Positions 48,201-60,706 of a stretch of 64,000 bases of DNA are shown piece after piece (positions within the stretch are counted from its first letter, which is position 1; the number at the start of each line of letters is the position of its first letter). Origin of the DNA: Azolla caroliniana (Eukaryota > Plantae > Polypodiophyta); assembly GCA_043228905.1 (NCBI GenBank), contig JBHGNT010000007.1:18104001-18168000 (forward strand). The letters are read 5' to 3'. The notes beneath the pieces were generated by a model. That model made no database searches and was not told the DNA's origin. It was given only the letters and a program-made list of their open reading frames with translations. A program made the position numbers and the translations under genes.

Positions 48201-51200
48201 GTCCAGCCAAAATAGGAGCCGTTTGGTTGGACAGCCCTAGATCTGTGCAGCCCATTAGTGGTTCCATTCCCTCTAAGCAAGTTAGTGATGTGTTCGTAGC
48301 CCAAGTAATAGTTAGTACTAAAAGTACCCCTCCAGTACATGTCCTAGCACTCCTAGATTCCGGAGCTAACTCTTGCTTTATGGATAAGAAATTTGCTCAA
48401 GCTCATAAGATATCCCTAAGAAAACTCCAGTGTCCAGCCTCTGTAGTAGTCATTGATGGACGTCCCATTGCTTCCAGAAATATCATAGAAGAGTCAGAGC
48501 CCATTAATATTGTCCTAGATAACTTAGCATGTGTAGTATCATTTAATATTATTAGTATCCCAAAACATCCTATAGTTTTAGGATTACCGTGGTTCGAGTT
48601 ACATAACCCAAACATAGATTGGAGAACAAGAGAAATCCAGTGTCGACAAACCCAAGGGTCAATTCAGAAGATGGCAACCATTTCGCTATGTCAGTTGCGT
48701 AAAGAAGGGCGCAAGGAGGAAATGTTCCTCTTTGCAATATCAGTAAACCCCTCCACCACCACTAAAGAAGAATCCACCGTTCAACTTCCCGAGAAGTATC
48801 GTCATTACGCCAATGTGTTCGATAAAGTACAAGCCAACACACTTCCTCATCATCGACCGTACGATTGCCCCATCGATTTACAACCGGGAAAAGAGCCGCC
48901 ATGGGGACCGATCTACAATTTGTCACCAACCGAGCTGGAAGTCCTTCGTGCCTATATAGAGGAGAATTTGGAAAATGGTTTCATTCGGCATTCGAAATCT
49001 CCAGCCGGCGCGCCCATTTTCTTTGTCAAGAAAAAAGATGGATCGCTTCGTCTCGTTGTAGATTACCGTGGCTTGAATAAGGTTACAATCAAGAATAGGT
49101 ATGCTCTTCCCCTTATCTCAAGTCTTTTAGAACAGATCAATGGTGCCAGGTTCTTCACGAAGATCGACTTATGGGGAGCATATAACCTCGTACGGATCCG
49201 ACCAGGAGAGGAATGGAAGATCGCGTTTCGCACCAGATATGGGCACTTCGAGTATACGATCATGCCGTTCGGCCTCACTAATGCGCCGGCAGTCTTCCAG
49301 CACATGGCTAATGATATATTCCGAGATCTATTGGATGATTGTTTGATCATCTATTTGGATGATCTACTGGTTTATTCAAAGACCCAAGAAGAACATGATT
49401 CTCATGTACTATTAGTACTAAAACGACTTCGAGAACATGGTCTGTATGCAAAGCTAGAAAAATGTAGTTTTGGGTGCAACCAAGTGGAATTTCTCGGCTA
49501 CATCATTTCGTCAGAAGGCATCTCCATGGACCCAGCTAAGGTCAAAACGGTGGTGGAATGGCAGACTCCGTGTTTGGTGCGGGATGTGCAATGCTTCTTA
49601 GGCTTTGCCAATTTTTACCAGAAGTTCATACAAGATTACTCAAAGATCGTTCTACCTCTCACACAACTTACCAGGAAGGGACAACCGTTCATCTAGTCTG
49701 AAGAAACGGACATGGCTTTCGAGAGTCTTAAAAAGGCATTTACATCGGCTCCAATTCTAGCTCATGTCGATCCGGAAAAACCATTCATTATCGAAGCTGA
49801 CGCATCGGATTTTGCATTGGGGAGCATTTTGTCACAACAGGGGAATGATGAGAAGCTACATCCTGTGGCTTTTCACTCACGCAAGTTTGACGCCGCCGAA
49901 ATCAACTACGAAATTCATGATAAGGAGCTATTGGCAATAGTGGATTCTTTTATGCAATGGAGGCATTTTCTGGAGGGATCCTCTCATCCAGTCACCGTAT
50001 TTAGTGACCACAAGAATCTTGCCTACTTTCAGGATGCTCGTGTGTTGAATCAACGTCAAGCTCGGTGGGCCCACTTCCTCACGCGTTTCGACTTCAAAAT
50101 TACATATCGTCCGGGGAGGCACCAAGGGAAGGCAGATGCATTATCACGGCGTTTGTATCTAGCACCCCGTCCCGGCGAGCCAGCTTTCGATAACCAAAAA
50201 CAAGTCATCTTGGGACCGGCACGACTACAAGCAACACAGATCTTTGACATGCCTATGGATTCCCGCGTTATCGATACCATACGTGAAGATTTGAAGACAG
50301 ATGCGTTCGCCCAAGCTATACTAGCACAAATTGATCCCTCTCGAGCGTCGTGTTCACAGTCGCAACCACCAGGTACGGACTATCGGCAATTCAAATACCA
50401 TGATGGATTACTCTTCTTTAAAGAACTTTTGTATGTTCCTAATGGTTCTTGCCGCCTTCGAGTAGTACAAAACTGTCATGACACATATGCAGCTGGGCAT
50501 TTTGGTAGTACTAAAACATTACATTTAGTACAACGAACATTCTGGTGGCCCTGTATGCGACAATTTGTCGAGGATTTTGTTCGGACTTGTGATACATGTT
50601 GTAGAGCGAAAATGCCAAGGCATCATCCATATGGTTTATTAGAACCATTACCAATTCCAAGCAAGTCATGGCAATCCATTGCTCTAGACTTCATCACAGA
50701 TCTTCCAGTATCTAAGGGGTTCAATGCGATTCTAAAGGTGGTCAATCGATATACGAAGATGGCTCATTTCTTGCCATGTACTAAGGAGATCTCCAGTGAA
50801 GACACTGCCGAAATTGTCATGCGTGAAGTATGTCGGCATCATGGACTTCCCGATAGTATCATCAGCGACCGTGGACCCCAGTTCGTGTCAAAATTCTGGA
50901 AGCACCTTTTTAACATGCTCAAGGTCACTTGTAACCTCTCCTTCGGCTACCACCCACAAACCGATGGCCAAGCTGAACGAACAAATCAAACGTTGGAGCA
51001 GTATCTGTGGTGCTTTCTCAGCTATCATCAAGATGACTGGACAAATATTCTCCACTTCGCCGAATTTGCCTATAACAACTCTATCCACGCATCCACTAAA
51101 GTTACGTCATTTTATGCTTATACGGGATGTCACCCCCGGTGGAGTGTACTTGAAACCCCAGAGGTGTCCACAAATCCGTGCGCGGAGGATCGTTTGGAGC

Positions 51201-51786
51201 AGTTACGCAAGATACAAGCGGATTTATCTACTCATCTCCAGGAAGCTCAACAAACACACAAGGTCTACGCGGATCGTCATCGACTTCCATCCAATTTTTT
51301 AATATTGGAGATCGGGTGTGACTGCTACGACGACACATCAAGACTACTCGTCCATGTGAGAAGTTAGATTATCGGCGATTAGGTCCTTTCCATATTATTG
51401 GACAGATTAATGATGTCGCTTTTCGTCTCGATCTACCTCCTCAACTTCGGATACATCCAGTGTTTCATAGTTCTCTCCTCGAACCCTACCACGAGAGCAC
51501 CATCCCAGGACATCTTATCCAACCTCCACCCCCGATCGAGCTTGAAGATGGGCCGGAGTATGAGGTTGCCGCCATCCTTGATTCCAAGATTGTTCACAAC
51601 AAGCTCTACTATCTAGTCGATTGGCTAGGCTATAGCCCCAGCAAACTTACTTGGGAACTGATCGAGAATGTGACCAATGCTCGTGCTCTTCTTGAAGACT
51701 TCCATCCTCAATATCCACACAAACTAGGTCCTCAATCCAAGACGACTCGTGACACTCGTCGTTTTAAAGGGGGGATAGTGTCATGA
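48188..51786 (+). pseudogene. Chromovirus I pol: PR-RT-RH-INT-chromodomain
   Basis: LLDSGA, MPFGLTNAPA, YLDD, EADASDF, ISDRGPQF and HPQTDGQAER. Chromodomain EYEVAAILDSK...YLVDWLGY...LTWE. TAG at 49694-49696 and a frameshift near 51300. Confidence 0.93.
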
Positions 51787-51793
51787 TATGGCA

Positions 51794-51848
51794 AGACTCG
51801 AACCCATGACCTTAGGTTATATGGGTCGAGCTCTTGACCATTAGATCA
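51794..51848 (-). promoter_or_regulatory. tRNA-like A-box/B-box at the extreme 5' end of the chromovirus LTRs (also 46553-46607 and 60387-60440)
   Basis: Minus strand TGATCTAATGG ... GGTTCGAGTCT (44 nt apart). In J, TAACCTAATGG ... GGTTCGAGTCT (43 nt apart). Confidence 0.65.
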
Positions 51849-53434
51849 TCTATTATAATACGTAGGATATTATTTTCATTTACATTTTATTATAGGAAAT
51901 TAGTGTATATTCCAGATTTCTCTGGAACATTCTAGAAGCTTCAGGATTAATCCTGAAAACACTATAAAAGAGGGCACTAGGCATTATATTGAACCAAATT
52001 GGTTCAACGCCAGTCTTAAGCCTTTTAGCCACCATTGTATATTCTCTTCATATAATACATATCTTTCTTATCATCACTCTCTCTCTCTCTCTCTCGATCT
52101 CTCTCTTTCTCTCTGTCTCGCTCACTTCTTCCTTCTCTCGAAGAAGTTCCAAACCTCTCATAGTACTAATCCTTCGTTCAGTACTAATTCCTTCTCTGTC
52201 TCAGTACTGTTCCTGACAACACCCTTCTTTCTCTCTCTCTTTCCTTTCTTAAATTGATCTATCTTTGTTATCCTTATCATATGCTTACTTTAGAACATAA
52301 CTCTAACCATTGGTGTCATAGCCATGTTTCTAATGTTTCTTTTGTTGATTGTTTTCTTTCTTGTTGGATGGCGATCGATCGATGTACGATTGAGCTTGAT
52401 CCAGATAGCTATCAACAAAGGAATTTCGGTAAATCTTTCTGATTTTTTTTCCTATTCTTTCTTCTCCCAATCTATTGATTCAATGATGTAATTTTTTTAT
52501 TGATTCAATGATGTTGTTGTGGTAATGGTTGTATAAAATGTATACATATATGTATGAGATCAATACCTCATTTGACATATATTTGATATGTGATTCGTGT
52601 CGTATGTGTACGAGGTTCATACCTCAATTTTATATTACGTTCACATACATATGTTATGTATGCGTATGAGGTGAATACCTCGATTTCTATGTAAATGATA
52701 TGTGATTGGCGTCATATATCATAAGAGGTCAATACCTCAATTGCATATTACGTTCACCCTTATTTTAGGATGTTTCGTGTGCGTAGAGGCTATATGCCTT
52801 GATAACATGTCTCAATTACATCATTTGTTGGTTATTTTATGTTACAATTTTTTTTTGGGTATACGTATGTGTGGTCACGTGTATACGTATTTGATCGTAT
52901 ACATGTGATAAACATACATATGTGTATATTAGTTATTACATGATTTTGTATATCGAACGTTGTCCTTTTTGGGGAAAGGATCTTGGTGGCCGTCGTCACA
53001 TTTTTGTGAGAATGGCGTTGTCACCATCCTTTTTTCAACAATTTTTTTGTTGTCATCCCCGTTGGTCACTTCGATTTCGCTACGCGTTATAACGAAAGGA
53101 TCATAGCCACAATGATGTTGAGAGCGTAGGGCTTCACCCACTTCATGTGAGGTCGCTCCTATGACACACATATCCAACATCCCTCCCTCGTTACATGGAT
53201 ACGATGCCACCATGAGATCATCATTACGGAATGCATTCGTAATGATGTAACCATGTGATGGGCCACGTGGGCCAACTACGAAAAGTGGGCTCATTTGGCT
53301 TGACCATTAGGTTGCACTTTGGGTTATGTCATCGTAATGATGAGCCTTGAGGTTGGATAATGTACCAACATAGTTTTCGTGTTAACGAGGAGGAAATAAG
53401 GTTTCTAGACATATATGTTTTCTTTTTAAAAACA

Positions 53435-56400
53435 TGTTAAGGATTAGGTAATTAAGCAAGGATTAATTAGTACCTAATTATATGATTAGTTGATAAGCGG
53501 AAGATTAAGTGATATGTGTGTGAGAGGGAGAGAGAGAGAGAGAGAGAGAGGAAGTTAACACTTATGAACAACACAAGATGGGGGATGATTAACTATATAT
53601 TAAATTAGCATTATCATCATCAATGGCTTGTAGTGTGTGGGCGAAGGCCAATTACTTCCACCCATCGTGGGTTACGAGTTGCTTCGGTGGAGCTCTTGGG
53701 CTCTTGTTCGGCCGCTACCTTCATCACGAAGGCATAGTGATGGGCCACGTACTTGTTGTAGCCAAGCCGAGTGATGGGATTCTTCTCTCCAGAAGAACGT
53801 CGAAGTTTTTCGCTCGTCGATGTGAGCACCTTCTTTACTCCAGGTGTCTGCATGATGGGTACACCAAACTCACTGTCTTGTGAGCGAGCCGATGCATCCG
53901 AATCACTGTCGTCGGGGTGGTCAACTTCGTATTCGGGCATCTTACCTTTGCCTTTGTCCAAGTTCGTACTTGGCCGTGACGTGCTTGGGTCGCGTGGGGG
54001 CTCTTGTGACCCACTAGGTTTTGCCGTAATCGGACTTTCTTCAAACATGTGTTCGAAGCGATCTCCATCTTCTACCTCTTGTTCGGCGGATTCTGGGTCG
54101 AGCGGAGTCGGAGTCGAAGTTGTCTCTGGTGCATACCAGAATGCGAACTCGTCAAAGACTACGTCTCGACTTACCCGAACCGCTTGGGTAGAAGGGTTGT
54201 AGCACTTGTGTGCCTTCTTCTCGAACAAGTATCCTATGAGGATACATTCCTCCGACTTTGTGTCGGGCTTCTATTGGCTTTCGTTCGGGATGCGTACATT
54301 CGCAATGCTTCCAAACACCTTGAGGTGCGACAGGATCGGCTTCCTTCAGACCAAGTGCTCATATGGAGTTAGCTCATGCACTCCATTAGTGGTGCACCGG
54401 TTCATGAGATAGACGGTCGTGGTTGCCAGTTTGGCCCAATAGAGGTTTGGCATGTGCTTCTCATGCATCATGGCCCGTGCTACCTCGAGTAATTGCCAAT
54501 TCTTCCTTTCGGCGACTCCATTTTGTTGGGGTGTGTATCGGCATGAGAATTCTCTACGAATGCCTTCACTTTGGAGGTAGGAGGTGAATTCATCGGAGAC
54601 GTACTCCTTGCCTCTATCCGATCATAGGCATCGAATGTGCTGACCAGTTTCTTTTTCGACTTGGCCCTTGAGCTTTTGGAAGTGGGAGAACACTTTGCTC
54701 TTCTTCTTTATCGGGAAGATCCACGCGTAGTGCAAGTGGTTGTTGATGAAGGTGACGTAGAATCGGCATCCGCCGATCGTCAGCATTTGAGCCGGTCGCC
54801 ATAAATCCGAGTGTATGATGTCGAGGAGGCCTTTACTTGCGGAGCTCTCCTTCGTAAATGGGAGTCAATGTTGTTTGCCAAGTTGACACCTTCTCATACT
54901 CGGTCGACTCATTTTGACTCGAAGGTCGGAAGTCCGATGATGACTCCCTTTGTTTGCATAGCTCGGACCCGTTGGAGGTTTATGTGGCCAATTCTATTGT
55001 GCCACAACTCGATGTTTGTCTCGGTTTTGAAACCTTTACTGTACATTGCCGATTTCACCTCGTTCGAATCGAGGATGAACATTCAACCCTCTCTCTGTCC
55101 CTTGGTTATGACTCGGCCATCTTTCTCGATGAAACAACCTTCGTTGTTGAAGCGAACTTGCATGCCTTGCTCCACGATTTGGCCAACGGAGACCAAATTC
55201 TTCGTTATTGTGGGCCCATGCAAGACATTCTTGATGCAAGTTTGCTCGCCTTCTTTCCTGAATGGGACATTGCCGATGTGCCGAATGGGATGTGTGGTGT
55301 CGTCTCCCGTCTCTATGAAGCCGAGTCGATCCGGCGTTTCTAAATCATGAAAACACTCTTCGTGAGATGTCATGTGATGTGAGGCACCGGAGTTGACGAA
55401 CCACACGTCTTCCGAGTTGGAGGTGCTAGCGGAGTTGGAGGTCGACATAGAGTTTGCTTTATGCCTCATTACAAATAGTCCACTGTAATCATCGTATTCG
55501 GAGTTGACGGCGTAATTCGTGAGTTGTCAACTTGTGGATGCCAACTCATTTCTTCTTTTTCGGCACTCCTCCTCGCAATGGCTGATTTTGCCGCAATAGT
55601 CGCAAGTTGCTGACCTCATTTGCTGACCTTGTTCAGCATGGAAGCTCCCCCTTCTTCCGAAGGTTCCTTGATGGCTTCCGTGAAGGTTTGAGTTCCCTTC
55701 ATGTGATGGGCTGAATTGGCCTCTTCTACCATCGTGACCTTGTCCTTGGCCACCATCCGAATTCAAAAAGAACATTTTTCCTTCCAATGTCTTGGTTTTG
55801 GTTTGGACATGGTTCTCTTCAACCATTAGCATTGATTGAAGGTCAAAGAACGAGGGAGGTTTTTCCCTCGCCAAGATTGCCGTCCTCAACGAGTCGAATC
55901 ATTGTGCGAGGCCGCCCAAGCATACTTGAACCATCTCGTCTTCGTCGACGTTTATGTTGATGGAGCCAAGCGAGTCACAAATGCTCTTGATCTTGGTGGT
56001 GCAGTCCGACACGGACATATCTTTTTGTTGTATGTTGTCAACTCTTGCCGGAGTTAAAGCTTGCATGCCGTCGTATTGGCGACGAAAATCTTCTTGAGAT
56101 TCTCCCACGCCTCTTTGGGCATCTTGGCAACTCGAATGTGGCTAAGCATGTGGTTGTGGACACATGTTGCCAAGCAATACATGACTCAACCCGTTGCTTG
56201 TTCCCATGTTGAGTAGTCAGCGTGCTTTGGGTCGGGTCAATTTTCTTGAGTGTCGTTGATGTAGCTCCAATACCCTTGGCCGACGAGGTATTGGGTCATC
56301 TTGTACTCTCAAGATGAATAATTGCTCCGGTCTAGCTTTTCCCTAGGGAGCGAGCTACCCATTCATGTTGATTGTAGTGTCTTCTCTTCTTTTGCTTTTC

Positions 56401-56991
56401 TTCCTTCGATCACGTACACGTGCTACGTAGCGGAACTACGGTTGCCGATAGTTGGATTTTGTCGTCGGCGTCTCGAACACACAATCACGGAGTCGGGTGG
56501 GCTTAGTGGATTTTCTAAACCACACGCTCTGATACCATGTTAAGGATTAGGTAATTAAGCAAGGATTAATTAGTACCTAATTATATGATTAGTTGATAAG
56601 CGGAAGATTAAGTGATATGTGTGTGTATGTGTGTGAGAGGAAGAGAGAGAGAGAAAGAGAGAGGAAGTTAACACTTATGAACAACACAAGATGGGGGATG
56701 ATTAACTCTATATTAAATTGGCATTATCATCATCAAATACAAAAATACCCACAATGAGGTATATATACATCTCATGTGCACAGGTGCACATGTGTGAGTA
56801 GAATATAGGTACTAAGGTGTAAGTCCTATATTAAATGTACTTAGGAGTGGAGGATCTAGAATATCCCACTTAAGTACAAGGTCCTATTTAAGGCGTTATA
56901 GTCAACACTTCTAACTAAATTCTATCTAGGTAACTACGAAGTTACATGGTTGACTAACTAACTAAACTAAGTTGAGCTTGATCTCTCAACA
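53435..56991 (-). mobile_element. Copia L: relative of Copia A with RT, RH, PPT and the U3 of the 3' LTR deleted
   Basis: 5' LTR 56538-56991 starts TGTTGAGAGATCAAGCTCAAC, like A. 3' LTR remnant at 53435-53623. TSD AAACA (53430-53434 / 56992-56996). PBS TGGTATCAGAGC at 56526-56537. gag, PR and INT remnants. Confidence 0.88.
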
Positions 56992-57071
56992 AAACATATA
57001 TGGGCAAATGCCTTTGCATATCTCTTATACGCATAAAATATTGAACATTCACCACGAGCAACCTATTTGAT

Positions 57072-57120
57072 TAGCTCAAGTGTTTAATGCATTTGTGCTA
57101 GAGGTCTCAAGTTCAAATAT
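57072..57120 (+). other. Degenerate tRNA/SINE-like A-box/B-box
   Basis: TAGCTCAAGTG ... GAGGTCTCAAGTTCAAAT; weak match only. Confidence 0.3.
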
Positions 57121-57799
57121 GACCAAGACCATACAACATTGTTGATACATATGACTATAAAAAATGTTTAGACTTTAGGTCTAAGTGCACTTTGGGGTTC
57201 TTGTAATAGGATAGGACTTAAAGAGTTGAAACCACATGGGTGGGCACACAAACATAGTTTAATATTGTTAACATTTTTTCGTGTATAAACTATTCATGAC
57301 GCGAACATACACAGTTGAGCCTCGCATAGCCGCCATGAAAAAATCGATATAGAGATCAGGGAAAGACATTTATTTCTCACCCCCATGGTTTTTAAAACAC
57401 CTTTGTGTTACCATAGTAACCTGAACTTGAACCTCATCTCATATGTATAGAGGGGTATTGATGTGAGATCATGATATCAATTAATGTTTGCCCATGATAT
57501 GTTTACATCACGACATAATCTTATAACTATTTGTCAGACCTTATCCTATTTCTGTGCTTGAAATTATCATTCAATGGCTCATAATAACGATCCAATATCA
57601 TCCGCCAAAGCGGAAGGAATTCAAGGAAATTAGCATGGGCCAATCCCCATTGAGTCGTATTTTTTACAAATACAAAATTTCCTTAATTCTACCTTACATG
57701 AGATTCCCAAACTTCGGCAATCTCATACTGCTCTCGAGGCACATGTCATTAGTTTACAACATGATACTAATAGACCTGATGAGTGTCAAGGAGAACCAT

Positions 57800-58385
57800 C
57801 ATTTGTCGTAAACCCATTTAGGGGAGAAAAAAAGGAAAGAACCGAAGAAGCAATCTGCACGTGGTTGGGCTGATGGGAGTCTCATTTTGAGCTTTGTCCC
57901 AAGCCAGATAGTACGAAGATTGCATATGTCCGTCGAGAACTAGCGGGTAAGGCCGCCACCTAGTGGTGTGGGCTCCGCACTACGGGGAAATTGCCCAATA
58001 CCTAGACAAACTTTGTCATAGTTTTCAAGGGCCAATTTCTGCAACCTCCATCTCGAACCAAGGCAGCACAAGTGTTAATGAACCTCTCTAGCCAGAAATT
58101 TTCCTCGTTAGAATGCTAGAACCCAAAATTAAAAAGCGGGTCTAAACGGGGACAATTTGTTGATAGCTTGTTTTGTCAATGGCATCCCCAATTTGGACTA
58201 TAACTGGATAGTGCACGATAAGGATCCAAAATCCTTCGAAGAGGCCTTTGAAATAGTTCTTCGTTATCAATGCACTTCGAAGAAGGAACATAACAAACCC
58301 GAAGCGTCTGGGACTAAGCAACCGCAATTCGCTGGGAAACGCAAGACACCCAACAAATTCATGGATTGCGATTGTAAGCGACAAA
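57800..58385 (+). pseudogene. Degenerate Ty3/Gypsy gag (capsid) remnant
   Basis: Translates as TWLG*WESHFELCPKPDSTKIAYVRRELAGKAAT*W...FKGQF, a retrotransposon gag-like pattern. Confidence 0.5.
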
Positions 58386-58389
58386 ATCC

Positions 58390-58492
58390 TTTTTGGTGGT
58401 CAAAGATCTCTGGTTGCTGGTACAGTTTGGAGATGCAAAACTAGACAAAATAGATGCGCTGACCTGGGAGGTGATGCACATGAAAACAACAG
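58390..58492 (+). pseudogene. Tork-like Copia gag fragment
   Basis: LVVKDLWLLVQFGDAKLDKIDALTWEVMHMKTT, homologous to D/F/G gag. Confidence 0.75.
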
Positions 58493-59525
58493 TGTTAAGA
58501 ATCAAACTCAACTTCCCGTGAGTGGGAACACACTCTAGGATACTCAAGTGTGTGAACACCCCACCTCCTTGTATAGTAACTAGTGTGTCATAGAAGTTAA
58601 TGTCCTATGACACATATTATTTAAGTAGTTAAGACACAAGCTCTTTCCCAAGAGGCGGTACTAGTGAAAGAACTTAGAGAGAAGGTGATTACATAAGCAC
58701 CTTCTCCCTCTCTTTGTAAACAAGTCATTCTTGCTTCCTTTGTAATACAGTTTTTTGATTTTCTGTAATTGTGAGCTCTCTCTCTCTCTCTCTCTTTACA
58801 CACACACACACACATACAGAATTCTTCCACTGCACAAAATCCAGAACCGACTGATCGTTGTAGCAGTCGTGTGCATAGTTCACATCAAGAAGAAGAAGCA
58901 GAAGCTCAACATGAACACACTGATGGGAAGTGCTCTTCCTATCAAAAAGCTCAACAGAAACAACTTTGCATCTTGGGAGTACAAGATGCACCAATACCTT
59001 GTCGGCCAAGGCTATTGGAGTTATGTCGAAGGGGCAAACGAGAATCAACCCAACCCAACACATGTCAACTACCCAGCTTGGGAGCAAGCGGCGAGTTGTG
59101 TGTTGTATTGCCTTGCATCATGCGTCCATGATCACATGCTCGGCTACATCCGAGAGGCCAAAATGCCAAAGGAGGCGTGGGGGAACCTCAAGTATATTTT
59201 CGCGGCCAGCACGATCGCAAGAACGCTTCAACTCCGTCAAGAGTTGAACGATATACAATAGAGGGACATGTCAATCGGCCATTATACCGTGAAGATCAAG
59301 GAGTTGTGTGATGCCCTCGGGTCGATCAATGTTAGCATTGACGACAATGAAATGGTGCAGATTTTTCTCAGAGGCTTTGCACCTTGGTTCGGGACCATTC
59401 GTTCGGTTGTCCTCGCGAGGGAGAATCCTCTCTCCTTCGATCTCCAGTCGATTCGAACAAGAAGCAATGCGCAAGAAGGACAAATGCTCTATTCAAACTT
59501 CGATGGAGGAAGAGGTCAACTCGAT
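58493..59525 (+). mobile_element. Copia M: truncated relative of A (partial LTR plus gag)
   Basis: LTR-like start TGTTAAGAATCAAACTCAAC. gag KLNRNNFASWEYKMHQYLVGQGYWSYVEG (58911-59520). No PBS seen. Confidence 0.75.
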
Positions 59526-59711
59526 CATTTGAATCTCCCACAAAACTAGTGAAGAAGAAACCTTTGACAACCTCCTCTCCATCCAATTGCATGTTATTTT
59601 CCTCTTTGGATCTCACGTGCAACAATATATTTGTAACAACATTCTTGCTGAGATATGACAAATATTTCGATGCAGGGATTGCATATATGCCACCTATCTT
59701 GAATACATAAA

Positions 59712-60138
59712 CATCATGGCTTGACCTAGACTTGACCCCAAGACCTTGTAATACATAATCAAGAACACAACCTTTAAGATAGCCTATGATCATATGAAAT
59801 GATAAAAACTACGTTTTGTAATATATTGATTATTGTAAATGCTTTGGATCATTCTAGAATATCCTAGAACATCTTAGAATATTCTAGGTGTAAGACATTC
59901 TAGAACAATATAGAAATCTCTAGGATATTCTATAGAAACCTATAAATATAGACATACAATTATTCTCAAACCAATTCGAATCAACACCAGTCTTTAGCTC
60001 TCATTACATATCTTGTATCCATTCTTTTCTCTTTCTATCTTAATACACCCATTCCTCTCTTATCATTTCATCCCTTTTCTCCTCGTGTCATCTTATATCC
60101 TTCTTCCATCACTCTATCTTTTATTCTTGGTTCTGACA
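59712..60138 (+). mobile_element. Degenerate solo LTR resembling the chromovirus I/J LTRs
   Basis: CATTCTAGAA repeats, TATAAATA, AACACCAGTCTT and a terminal CTGACA in the same order as in the I/J LTRs. 5' end uncertain, no TSD. Confidence 0.45.
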
Positions 60139-60666
60139 CCACCTATCATAGCATTGCCACGTCTAAATGCAAAGGACGAGAGGAATATATGTCTCAACAA
60201 TACATCAGCTCCAATCGGATAATCTTAGTTGGTTTTGAACACTAGCACAATTCTACAAACCTCTCTTTTTTATTTGTGGATATCCTCGTGTGTTTCTTTT
60301 AAACATGTGCCACCACAACATACCAATGTTGTAACCCTCCATTATTTACTAACATACCAATGTTTAGACCTATATCTGTCATAACTAGACTCGAACCCAT
60401 AACCTTTTGTTACACGGGTCGAGACTTTACCATTAGGTTATGAATTGTAATTTGAAGGATATTATTTTCATTTAGGTTTTATTGGGAAATTGATGTATAT
60501 TCCAGATTTCTCTGGAACATTCTAGAAACTTCAGGAGTATTCCTGAAGACACTATAAAATGAGGCGCAAGGCATTAGTTCGAACCAAATCGGTTCAACGC
60601 CAGTCTTAAGCCTTCTAACTACTGTTGTATATCTTCCGTCATATAATACATATATCTTTCGCATCA

Positions 60667-60706
<40 letters not shown>

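Larger units (their letters stand above)
46538..52218 (+). mobile_element. Chromovirus I: full-length Tcn1-like Ty3/Gypsy
   Basis: LTRs at 46538-46974 and 51779-52218. TSD ACACC (46533-46537 / 52219-52223). PPT AAAGGGGGGATAG, self-complementary PBS and C-terminal chromodomain. Confidence 0.95.

Noticed and set aside
53435-56735. Short-LTR (about 190 bp) TRIM-like element
   Set aside because: The true 5' LTR extends to 56991, where the TSD AAACA matches. The short left LTR is a deletion remnant.
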